Source of the DNA: Planctomycetota bacterium | GTDB lineage: Bacteria; Planctomycetota; J058; JAJDCQ01 | Direction of reading: 5' to 3' | Assembly: GCA_029260755.1 (NCBI GenBank) | Contig: JAJDCQ010000090.1 | Location: 23,588 to 87,587, forward strand | DNA length: 64,000 bases | Shown: one piece after another, positions 1 to 7,843 of the stretch | How the letters are laid out: each line of letters opens with the position of its first letter | How positions within the stretch are numbered: the stretch's first letter is position 1 | The notes under the pieces: model-generated | Database searches by the model: none | Seen by the model: only the letters and a program-made list of their open reading frames with translations | Told to the model about the DNA's origin: nothing | Made by a program: the position numbers and the translations under genes

Positions 1-404
1 CCGTCGAGCGGATCCGGACCGACCCCATCTTCGAGAAGGTCGACCTCTCGATCGAGGGCGACGATCCTCGCGTGCCCCTCGACACCGACCGGATCCGCGC
101 CGTCGTGACGAACCTGCTCCTGAACGCGGCCCAGGCGATGCAGGGGCAGGGAGCGATCGAGGTGCGCGTCGTGCACGCCGCCGACGGGGTCGAGGTGACC
201 GTGACCGACACCGGTCCGGGGATCCCCGAGGAGGCACGGCCGAAGATCTTCGAACCGTTCTTCACGACCAAGGCGCGCGGCACCGGCCTCGGTCTCCCGA
301 TCGCGCGTCGGCTGATCGAGGCCCACGGCGGGGAGCTGCAGCTCGAGGAGGCGTTCGAGGGCGGGACCCGATTCCGCCTGCGCCTCCCGGCTCCGCCCGC
401 CTGA
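1..404 (+). CDS. sensor histidine kinase, C-terminal HATPase_c domain (5' partial)
   Basis: Frame is open from window start. Translation VVTNLLLNAAQAM...VTDTGPGIPEE...FEPFFTTKARGTGLGLPIARRLIEAHGGEL shows the N, G1 and G2 boxes of histidine-kinase ATPase domains. Stop at 402-404. Confidence 0.7.
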   Translation, partial: VERIRTDPIFEKVDLSIEGDDPRVPLDTDRIRAVVTNLLLNAAQAMQGQGAIEVRVVHAADGVEVTVTDTGPGIPEEARPKIFEPFFTTKARGTGLGLPIARRLIEAHGGELQLEEAFEGGTRFRLRLPAPPA

Positions 405-427
405 TCGCGATCGCGATCGCGATCGCG
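404..427. repeat. (GATCGC)x4 hexanucleotide microsatellite
   Basis: gatcgcgatcgcgatcgcgatcgc read directly; it begins inside the stop codon of the preceding kinase gene. Confidence 0.9.
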
Positions 428-625
428 CGGCGACGCCGCGCGCGCGAGTTTCCTCGCATCGTCGCGAGATCCTCCTCGCCCCGGAGCCGCCGGGCACGAC
501 CCGAGGGTCGCATTTCCAGGGACTTGGGCCGGCACGCGGTTTGTTCCTCGTGGGGCGTCAGCCAACGCGACGAACCGAACCGCTCGTGAGCCGTCCCGAC
601 GTGACGGCAAGAGGAGTCAGCCCCC

Positions 626-904
626 GTGAGCCTCAAGTCGATCCTCACCCCCCTCACCCTCGCCCCCGCGGTCGTCCTCCCGATCGTGGCGATCTCGAGC
701 GCCACCGAGTCGGGCCAGGCGGCCGTCGTCATCGCGGCGGGCCTGCTGAGCCTTCCGGCCGCGGCCGTCGTCGGGACCATCCTGATGCTGAACCTGCGCG
801 ACCTGACCGATCACGACGAGGAGCCGACGGTCGCGACCCGCTCCGAGGCTCCGAGGGTCGCGACGCGCACTCCATCGGCATCGGCGCCAGCGATGGCGGC
901 CTAG
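626..904 (+). CDS. small hypothetical membrane protein (two predicted TM helices)
   Basis: 92-aa ORF with GTG start; hydrophobic stretches LTPLTLAPAVVLPIVAI and AAVVIAAGLLSLPAAAVVGTIL. No recognisable family. Confidence 0.3.
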   Translation: MSLKSILTPLTLAPAVVLPIVAISSATESGQAAVVIAAGLLSLPAAAVVGTILMLNLRDLTDHDEEPTVATRSEAPRVATRTPSASAPAMAA

Positions 905-1243
905 CCCGCATAGGGGCTATCAAGCTTGTTCAGGTGCCGATGGGCTCGCCTTCGGCGAGCAGGATGTCACCACGGAGGCACAGAGAACACGGAGGATTCA
1001 CGGAGGACGCGCCGAGCGGTCGAAGACCCGGATCCCCTCCGAGGCTCCTCCGTGCCTCGGTGCCTCCGAGGTTTCATCCCCTCGCCGGAGGCGAAGCCAA
1101 CCGACCCGGGCTGAGCTGGTCGCGTCTTTCTCCGTGAGTCCTCCGTGCCCTCCGTGTCTCCGTGGTTTCATCCTCTTCGCCGAAGGCGAAGCCGATGGGT
1201 CCGCGGTCACCTGAGCCAGCTTGATACCCCCAATGCGGGCTAG
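901..1243. repeat. composite 343-bp palindromic element (candidate MITE or structured RNA)
   Basis: Termini CTAGCCCGCATAGGGGCTATCAAGCTTGTTCAGGTG (901-936) and CACCTGAGCCAGCTTGATACCCCCAATGCGGGCTAG (1208-1243) are inverted repeats. Internally, roughly 100-bp units occur once forward and twice reversed. Each unit carries a C(UUCG)G-type hairpin: gctcgccttcggcgagc versus cttcgccgaaggcgaag. Confidence 0.6.
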
Positions 1244-1269
1244 CGACGCGTCGCCCTCTCGATCTCGAT

Positions 1270-2061
1270 CTAAAAGTAGTTGGCGGTGATCCCGCCGTCG
1301 ACGACCAGGACGGCGCCGTTGGTCCAGGCGCTCTCGTCGCTCGCGAGGTGGACGGCGAGCCAGACGACGTCCTCGGGCTGGCCGAGGCGCCCGAGCGGGA
1401 TGCGGTCGAGGCGCTTCTTCTTCTCCTCGGGGTTGCTGAGGAGCCAGCTCTCGATGAGCGGCGTCGCGATTGGCCCGGGGCAGATCGTGTTCACCCGCAC
1501 CCCCTTCGGCGCGTGCTGGACGGCGAGCGAGCGGGTGAGGGCGATCACGGCCCCCTTGCTTGCCGTGTAGGCGTCCTGCGGGACGGTGCAGCCGAGGATC
1601 GCGACGAAGCTCCCGATGTTGATCACGCTGCCGCCGCCCCGCCGCTCCATCGCGGGGATGCCGTGCTTGCAGCCGTTCCAGACGCCCTTCAGGTTGACCG
1701 AGAGCACCTTGTCGAGGACGTCCTCGGGCGTGTCGACGACCGCGTGGTCCTTCTCGGGGAAGATCCCCGCGTTGTTGTAGAGGACGTCGAGGCCGCCCCA
1801 GGCCCGTTCGGCCTCGGCGACCATCGCGGCGGCCGCCTCCTCCGAGGTCACGTCTGCGACGAACCCGCGCGCCTCGCCGCCGCTGCCCGCCTCGCGGGCG
1901 GCCTCGGTCGCCTCGGTCGCCGACGCGGTCGCCGCGTCGCCGTCGAGGTCGACGGCGAGGACGGCGGCGCCCTCGCGCGCGAACAGGCGCGTCGCGACGC
2001 GGCCCATGCCGCTGCCGCCGCCGGTGATCAGGCAGACCTTTCCGTCGAGTCGTCCGGGCAT
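1270..2061 (-). CDS. SDR-family oxidoreductase (short-chain dehydrogenase/reductase)
   Basis: N-terminal TGGGSGMG Rossmann motif, the NNAG motif, and the catalytic S...YxxxK pattern (YTASK). Confidence 0.8.
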   Translation of the reverse strand: MPGRLDGKVCLITGGGSGMGRVATRLFAREGAAVLAVDLDGDAATASATEATEAAREAGSGGEARGFVADVTSEEAAAAMVAEAERAWGGLDVLYNNAGIFPEKDHAVVDTPEDVLDKVLSVNLKGVWNGCKHGIPAMERRGGGSVINIGSFVAILGCTVPQDAYTASKGAVIALTRSLAVQHAPKGVRVNTICPGPIATPLIESWLLSNPEEKKKRLDRIPLGRLGQPEDVVWLAVHLASDESAWTNGAVLVVDGGITANYF

Positions 2062-2068
2062 GGCGAGT

Positions 2069-3466
2069 CTAGATCCTCTCGAAGTAGCGGGCCCGCTCGA
2101 GGGCGCTGACCGTTCGGTCGAAGAACGCCGTCTCGTGGCGGGCCATCAGGGCGTAGTGGTCGACGACGAGGTCGCCGAAGGCGGCGCGGGCGAGCTTGGA
2201 CGCCGCGAAGCGATCGGTCGCCTCGGCGAGGGTCTTCGGCACCTCGGGTAGCCCGTGGATGACGTAGGCGTCGCCCTTGGTCTCCTCGCCCGGGTCGAGC
2301 TCGTTCTCGATCCCGTCGAGGCCGGCGGCGATCGCCGCGGCGAACGCCAGGTAGGGGTTGCAGTCGGCGCCTGGGACGCGGTTCTCGACCCGCAGGCCGG
2401 GGCCGGCGCCGACGACGCGCAGGCCGCAGGTCCGGTTGTCGGTCCCCCAGGCGATCCGCGTCGGCGCGAACGACGCCGCCTGGTAGCGCTTGTAGGAGTT
2501 GACGGTGGGAGCGTAGAGAAGCGCGAGCTCGCGGGTGTGGGCGAGCTGACCGCCGAGCCAGCCGCGGAACGCGGCCGTCGGCTTCCCCGCGTCGTCGACG
2601 AACGCGCTCTTGCCGCCCTCGCGATGGGTGAGGCTCGAGTGGATGTGACAGCTGTTGCCGGCGAGCTTGCTGTTCCACTTGGCCATGTAGGTGACCATCA
2701 TGCCGCGGCGGTGGGCGATCTCCTTGGCGGCGTTCTTGTAGATCGCGTGGCGGTCCGCCATCTCGATCGCGGGCGCGTAGCGGAGGTTGATCTCCTCCTG
2801 ACCGGGGCCCCACTCCCCCTTGCTGAACTCGACAGGGATCGCGCTCGCGTCGAGCGCGTTCCGGATCTCGCGGACGAGCGGCTCCTCCTTGGTCGTCTGG
2901 AGGATGTGGTAGTCCTCGATGTAGGTGCCGAACGTCTCCAGGTCCTGCCAGTGCTTCGCGGCCGCCGCCTCGTAGCTGCCGTTGAAGATGTAGAGCTCGA
3001 GCTCGCTCCCGATCTGCGGCTCGAAGCCGAGGGCGTGGGCGCGCTCGACCTGCTTCTTGAGGATCTCGCGCGGGGCGACCGTGATCGACCGGTCCTGATC
3101 GTCGACGACGTCGCACATCACGATCGCGGTCGCCTCGAGCCAGGCCGCGCGGCGGAGGGTGCCGAGGTCGGGGACGAGGCGGAAGTCCTGGTAGCCGCTC
3201 TCCCAGCTCGACAGATCGAAGCCGGGGAGGGGCTCCATCTCCATGTCGACGGTGAGGAGGTAGGCGCACGCGTGGACGCCGTGGTCCATCACCTCGTCGA
3301 CGAAGAACCGTCCCGTGACGCGCTTGCCGACGATCCGCCCCTGGGTGTCGGGCATCACCGTCAGGATCGTGTCGATCTCGCCGCGCGCGACGAGGCCGCG
3401 GAGCTCCTCGCGGCTGAGCGCCCCGGGCAGGTCCGCGATCTCGGAGTGGTGGGATTCGGAGCTCAT
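2069..3466 (-). CDS. glutamine synthetase family protein (type III / gamma-glutamyl-amine ligase-like)
   Basis: 465 aa. GS catalytic-domain signatures are present (EFSKGEWGPGQEEINLRYA; KWNSKLAGNSCHIHSSL; NRTCGLRV; ENRVPGADCNPYLAFAAAIAAGLDG). Confidence 0.75.
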   Translation of the reverse strand: MSSESHHSEIADLPGALSREELRGLVARGEIDTILTVMPDTQGRIVGKRVTGRFFVDEVMDHGVHACAYLLTVDMEMEPLPGFDLSSWESGYQDFRLVPDLGTLRRAAWLEATAIVMCDVVDDQDRSITVAPREILKKQVERAHALGFEPQIGSELELYIFNGSYEAAAAKHWQDLETFGTYIEDYHILQTTKEEPLVREIRNALDASAIPVEFSKGEWGPGQEEINLRYAPAIEMADRHAIYKNAAKEIAHRRGMMVTYMAKWNSKLAGNSCHIHSSLTHREGGKSAFVDDAGKPTAAFRGWLGGQLAHTRELALLYAPTVNSYKRYQAASFAPTRIAWGTDNRTCGLRVVGAGPGLRVENRVPGADCNPYLAFAAAIAAGLDGIENELDPGEETKGDAYVIHGLPEVPKTLAEATDRFAASKLARAAFGDLVVDHYALMARHETAFFDRTVSALERARYFERI

Positions 3467-3495
3467 GGCAGAGGCCTCTTCCTGGGTGGGCTAGA

Positions 3496-3870
3496 CTAGG
3501 CGTCCTTCGCCGGCGGTGGTCGGGTGGCGCGGCCCGGGGGGAGCCCGTCGAGCTCGGCGCCGAGTCGTTCGATCAGCTCTCCCGCGTTCTGGACCTCTTC
3601 CTCGAGGGCGCGGTGCTCCCGCTCGAGGCCCGCGATGCGCTCGAGCAGCTCGGTCCGCTCGGAGCGGAGGCGTGCCACCTCCTCCTCGAGCGCCTCGACC
3701 TGTCCGAGCAGCTTCGGGAGGAAGCCCTCGTCGAGCGCCGCGAGCCCGGGGTCGGTCTGCGCCCAGTCACGAGCGGTCGCGCGCCCCGAGCCCGACGGAG
3801 GCGGCGAAGGAGGCGGCGTCCCCTCGTCGGGTTCGCCGGCGGACTCTCGGGGCGCGGGATCGGCCACGGA
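3496..3870 (-). CDS. hypothetical coiled-coil protein
   Basis: The C-terminal 60 aa are a heptad-rich helix (LGQVEALEEEVARLRSERTELLERIAGLEREHRALEEEV). The ORF extends to 4149 but would then overlap the next gene. GTG at about 3868 chosen as start; this is uncertain. Confidence 0.35.
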   Translation of the reverse strand, partial: SVADPAPRESAGEPDEGTPPPSPPPSGSGRATARDWAQTDPGLAALDEGFLPKLLGQVEALEEEVARLRSERTELLERIAGLEREHRALEEEVQNAGELIERLGAELDGLPPGRATRPPPAKDA

Positions 3871-4001
3871 GGCACGCCTGATCTGGGAGAGAGGGGTGAG
3901 TGTTGAGACGGACGGACTCGGTCGGCGCCGACGCGCGGCGCCGACCGGGTCCGCCCGACCGGCCTGGATCGCTCCAGGCCAGACGGGCGAATCGTGAGGC
4001 G

Positions 4002-4514
4002 TTACTTGCTGCCCCAGTCGGCCACCTGCTGGGCGACCTTCCCGTTGGTCTCGACCTTGACGACGCCGAACGGAACGTCCTTGGACATCCAGCTCTTGCT
4101 GACGTACTTCTGGCCGGCGACCTCGGTCTCGCTCTCGATGACGACGCAAGCGAGCTTCTTGCCCTTCACCTCGACCTCGCCCTTGGACGTCTTGGGGGCC
4201 GGGGCCTCCTTGCCGCCGCCCTCGGCCTTCTTGCTGAGGTCGATGGTCTGGACCGTCTTGGTCGGCTCGCCGAGCGGCTTGCCGTTCATGACCATCTTGG
4301 TGTGGATCTCGTACGTGATGACCTTACCCTCGACCTTGGTGACGACCTGCTTGGTCTCGCTCACCATGCCGGGGGCGGGCTCGCTCTTGTAGACGACCCA
4401 GTCGCCTTCCTTGAGAAGCTCGTACGGGTTGAAGAGATCGTCGGCATACGCCGGCGACGATACGAACGCCACGGCGACGATCGCCAGGGCGAGCGAAATG
4501 GAACGTCGAAGCAT
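4002..4514 (-). CDS. secreted hypothetical protein (signal peptide)
   Basis: N-terminus MLRRSISLALAIVAVAFVSSPAYADD is a signal peptide with an AYA cleavage site. Strong RBS GGAGGAA 6 nt upstream. K-rich mature part. Confidence 0.6.
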   Translation of the reverse strand: MLRRSISLALAIVAVAFVSSPAYADDLFNPYELLKEGDWVVYKSEPAPGMVSETKQVVTKVEGKVITYEIHTKMVMNGKPLGEPTKTVQTIDLSKKAEGGGKEAPAPKTSKGEVEVKGKKLACVVIESETEVAGQKYVSKSWMSKDVPFGVVKVETNGKVAQQVADWGSK

Positions 4515-4786
4515 TCAATTTCCTCCTGCTGCACTCCCCGTCGGTACCCGGCGGCGACGATCCGATATCGTCGTCGCCGACTCGGGTGCGCGGGGAGAGA
4601 CGGGTCTCCCCAACGCCGGCGGACCGAAGACCCATGCCTTCCGTCCAGGGCGGAGATTATAGAAACGACCTCCCGAGCGGCAAGGGCCGATGGGCCCCCT
4701 CGCCGACGCGGTGAGACGATGGGGCGTTCGCCGGATATTCAGTTGACGCGAAGATAGCGCAAGGCACTACCGAATAGCGTCTTACA

Positions 4787-5848
4787 CTACCCGGCGATGT
4801 GCAGCTCCACGAGATCGCGATCGGCCAGGATGTGATCGCGCGGGACGACCTGCCCGTCGAACTTGGCGCTGCTGCCCCAGAGACGGGCCTTCTCGAGCTT
4901 GTCGGGGAAGTCCCGGTGGATGTGCCGCGCCAGGTCCTCGATGGTCGCGCCGCGCGGGAGGACGAACGGCGGCCCGTCGTCCTGCGGCCTCCCCGGCTGC
5001 TTCCCGTAGACCCGGATCCGCTCGAGCGCGCGGTAGACGGCGTCGCGGAGCTCGTCGGTGCCCGCCCCGGTCTCGAGGCTCACCCGGAGCAGGGTCAGGC
5101 GCTCCCCGTAGAGCTCGTCGAGCACCTCGGCCGTGTCGGTCGCGCCGTCGAGGTCGACCTTGTTGCCGACGACGATGGCCGGGACGGCCACCCAGCCCGG
5201 CCCGTCGGGCAGCTTCGGGTCGTCCCCCTTGCGGTGGAGGCGGAGCTTGACCGCCTCGAGCCCCTCGATGAGCCCCTCGGTCTGCTCGAGGGCATCGTCG
5301 GCGGCGAGGTCGATCACGCAGACGAGCAGGTCGGCCGACTTGAGCAGCCCGAGCATGCCCGGCGGCATGACGCCCTCTGCGATCGGCGGCAGGTCGACGA
5401 GCTGGATCGGCACGTCCTCCCAGCTCATCATCCCGGGCGTCGGTCGCTGGGTGGTGAACGGGTAGTCGGCGACGTCGGCCTTCGCCCGGGTCATCGTGCA
5501 GAGGAGGCGAGACTTGCCGGTGTTCGGCGGCCCGACGAGGGGGACCTGCCCCGCGCCGCCTCGCTCGATGTTGAAGGGGTTGAACGTCGCCCCCTTCTTC
5601 TTCGCGTCGGTCTCGGCGCTCTTCTTGAGCTTGCTGAGGCGCTTCTTGAGGTCGGCCTGGAGATGATCGGTCCCCTTGTGCTTGGGGATGACGCGGATCA
5701 TCTCCTCGAGGCAGGAGACCTTCTCCTCGAGCGAGGTGGCGGCCTTGTAGGCGTCCTCGGCCTTGTGGTACTGCGGGGTGAGGTTCGCGGGCATCGGCTC
5801 GGCGTCCGTATCGATCTGGGTGGGCTCGCCCGCGGGCGAGCGGCTCAT
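4787..5848 (-). CDS. OBG/DRG-family GTP-binding protein with C-terminal TGS domain
   Basis: G1 motif GPPNTGKS, DYPFTT switch, G4 motif NKVD. The C-terminal part resembles the TGS domain of developmentally-regulated GTP-binding proteins. Confidence 0.7.
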   Translation of the reverse strand: MSRSPAGEPTQIDTDAEPMPANLTPQYHKAEDAYKAATSLEEKVSCLEEMIRVIPKHKGTDHLQADLKKRLSKLKKSAETDAKKKGATFNPFNIERGGAGQVPLVGPPNTGKSRLLCTMTRAKADVADYPFTTQRPTPGMMSWEDVPIQLVDLPPIAEGVMPPGMLGLLKSADLLVCVIDLAADDALEQTEGLIEGLEAVKLRLHRKGDDPKLPDGPGWVAVPAIVVGNKVDLDGATDTAEVLDELYGERLTLLRVSLETGAGTDELRDAVYRALERIRVYGKQPGRPQDDGPPFVLPRGATIEDLARHIHRDFPDKLEKARLWGSSAKFDGQVVPRDHILADRDLVELHIAG

Positions 5849-6045
5849 CGTAGCAGCCGCGCGGGGTGAGGTGAAGCTGGCCGTACGCCCGGTCTGGGGC
5901 GCGTTGCGAGCGTCATCCGCGATCTGCTACGATGCCGGCCGAAGCACCTCGGAGAGCCGTGAATGGCCCGGCCGCGCCGGCCGTCCAAGGCTCGTCTCGA
6001 GGGGAAGTCACCACGCAGAACAGAGACGCTCGCGGAGGAGCCGCA

Positions 6046-6525
6046 GTGAACGAGGCAGCGCGCAGTCTTCGGGTCCGGTTCGGCATCGTCGTCGCCATCG
6101 CCGCGGCGATCGGCGGCCTCCTCCTGGCGCCGGCGGCGGACCCCGCCTTCGCCGGGCCGGCCGGCGACAAGCCCGACCCGAAGGTCATGAAGCTGATGAA
6201 GGTCTGGGCGAAGGGCCTGGGCGTGAAGTGCACTCACTGTCACGTGGCGAAGAAGTTCAAGGTCGCGACCCCGAAGAAGAAGGTCGCCAAGACGTGCCGC
6301 GACAAGTTCGTCGAGGTGCTCGGCGACGCCAGGGGCAAGAAGATCGATTGCAAGACGTGCCACGACGGCGACGCCGCGTTCATGCCCGAGGAGGACCGCG
6401 ACAAGTACTGCCGCGAGCACTTCGTCGAGAAGCTCCGCACGAAGGACGACGCGAAGCGGATCGACTGCGGGGCCTGCCACGGCGAGGGGAAGCCGGGTAA
6501 GATCTTCGAGGATGACGAAGACTGA
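6046..6525 (+). CDS. small secreted triheme c-type cytochrome
   Basis: Three CXXCH motifs (CTHCH, CKTCH, CGACH). Signal-like N-terminus VAIAAAIGGLLLAPAADPAFAG after the GTG at 6046 (the ORF-track start is 5932). K-rich. Confidence 0.65.
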   Translation: MNEAARSLRVRFGIVVAIAAAIGGLLLAPAADPAFAGPAGDKPDPKVMKLMKVWAKGLGVKCTHCHVAKKFKVATPKKKVAKTCRDKFVEVLGDARGKKIDCKTCHDGDAAFMPEEDRDKYCREHFVEKLRTKDDAKRIDCGACHGEGKPGKIFEDDED

Positions 6526-7723
6526 CCCAGAGTCCTCCGGTTCCGACGACAAGAAGAACCTCAAGGACCTCACCCGCGCCGAGCTCCGCGCGTTCGTCGC
6601 GGACGAGCTCGGCGAGCCCGCGTTCCGAGGCGACCAGCTCTTTCGCTGGATCTGGGCGCGCGGGGCCCGCTCCTTCGAGGAGATGACCGACCTCGGCCGC
6701 GCGCTCCGGGCGCGCCTCGCCGGGGTCGCGGTCATCCCGACCGGCGCGGTGAAGAAGCGGACGCCCGCGAGCGATGGCACCGTCAAGGTGCTGACCGAGC
6801 TCGCGGGCGGCGCATCGGTCGAGACGGTCTGGATCCCCGACTGGGGCCCCGGCCACGCGGGGACGATCCCGGAGCCCGACACGCCCCCCGAGCCCGGCGC
6901 GCGCGCGCAGGTGCCGCGCCCGTCGCGGATCACCCTCTGCCTCTCGACCCAGTACGGTTGCGCGTGGGGCTGTCGCTTCTGCTACACCGCGACGATGGGG
7001 CTCGGCCGCGACCTCCGCGCCTGGGAGATCGCCGATCAGGTGCTCGTCGCGACCCGCGAGGCGCCCGACGCGCTGCCGACGCCGGTCGACCCGGGGAGCA
7101 AGCCCGGCGACAAGGGCGGCGACAAGGTGGCCCTCAACCTCGTCTACATGGGGATGGGCGAGCCGCTCGCCAACCTCGAGGCGACGATCCGCTCGATCCA
7201 GATCCTGACCGACGAGCAAGGCCTGGCGATCCCGCCCCGCCGGATCACCGTCTCGACCGTCGGCCTCGTCCCCGCGATCGAGCGCCTCATCGACGAGACC
7301 GGCGTGCGGCTGGCCGTCAGCCTTCACGCGACGACCGACGCGCAGCGCGACGAGATCATGCCGGTCAACCGCAAGTGGAAGCTCGGCGAGCTGCTCGACG
7401 CGGTCCGGGCGCTGCCGATGGGGAAGCGCGACCACGTCACGTTCGAGTACATCCTGCTCGCCGGCGTGAACGACACGCCCGAGGACGCGCGCAGGCTCGT
7501 GCGGCTGACCCACGGGCTGCGCGCCAAGGTGAACCTGATCCCCTTCAACCCCCACCCCGGCGCGCCCTACGCCCGCCCGAGCGACGAAGCGGTGAGCGCC
7601 TTCAAGGAGGCGCTCCGCGACAAGGGCGTCCACACCTACGTGCGGCGGGCGCGGGGTGACGATGTGCTGGCGGCGTGTGGGCAACTCGCGGGGGAGGGGA
7701 AGGTGCAGCGCCGCCCGGTGTGA
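6512..7723 (+). CDS. rlmN: 23S rRNA (adenine2503-C2)-methyltransferase RlmN (radical SAM)
   Basis: CxxxCxxC radical-SAM motif (CAWGCRFCYT). Conserved RlmN blocks are present: GDQLFRWIW, MGMGEPLAN, GVNDTPEDARRLVRL. Overlaps the cytochrome gene by 14 nt. Confidence 0.9.
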   Translation: MTKTDPESSGSDDKKNLKDLTRAELRAFVADELGEPAFRGDQLFRWIWARGARSFEEMTDLGRALRARLAGVAVIPTGAVKKRTPASDGTVKVLTELAGGASVETVWIPDWGPGHAGTIPEPDTPPEPGARAQVPRPSRITLCLSTQYGCAWGCRFCYTATMGLGRDLRAWEIADQVLVATREAPDALPTPVDPGSKPGDKGGDKVALNLVYMGMGEPLANLEATIRSIQILTDEQGLAIPPRRITVSTVGLVPAIERLIDETGVRLAVSLHATTDAQRDEIMPVNRKWKLGELLDAVRALPMGKRDHVTFEYILLAGVNDTPEDARRLVRLTHGLRAKVNLIPFNPHPGAPYARPSDEAVSAFKEALRDKGVHTYVRRARGDDVLAACGQLAGEGKVQRRPV

Positions 7724-7729
7724 ATCGAC

Positions 7730-7822
7730 CTCACGCAAAGGCGCAAGGGCGCAAAGGAGCTCCGCCAGATCCGGATCTCGGCTTTGGCGGAGCTCCTTTG
7801 CGCCTTTGCGCCTTTGCGTGAG
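7730..7822. repeat. family-A palindromic MITE/REP-like element, copy 1
   Basis: CTCACGCAAAGGCGCAAGGGCGCAAAGGAGCTCCGCC ... GGCGGAGCTCCTTTGCGCCTTTGCGCCTTTGCGTGAG. The stem is near-perfect, about 37 bp. Lies between the convergent rlmN and VWA genes. Confidence 0.8.
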
Positions 7823-7843
7823 CCTACGGCGCGCCGCGAGGGG

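Noticed and set aside
2028-3269. 413-aa minus ORF overlapping the GS-family gene in another frame
   Set aside because: R/P/G-rich nonsense translation. The 2069-3466 frame carries glutamine synthetase catalytic motifs.
3871-4149. N-terminal extension of the coiled-coil ORF 3496-4149
   Set aside because: It would overlap the convergently/co-directionally encoded secreted protein 4002-4514. Shortened to the GTG at about 3868.
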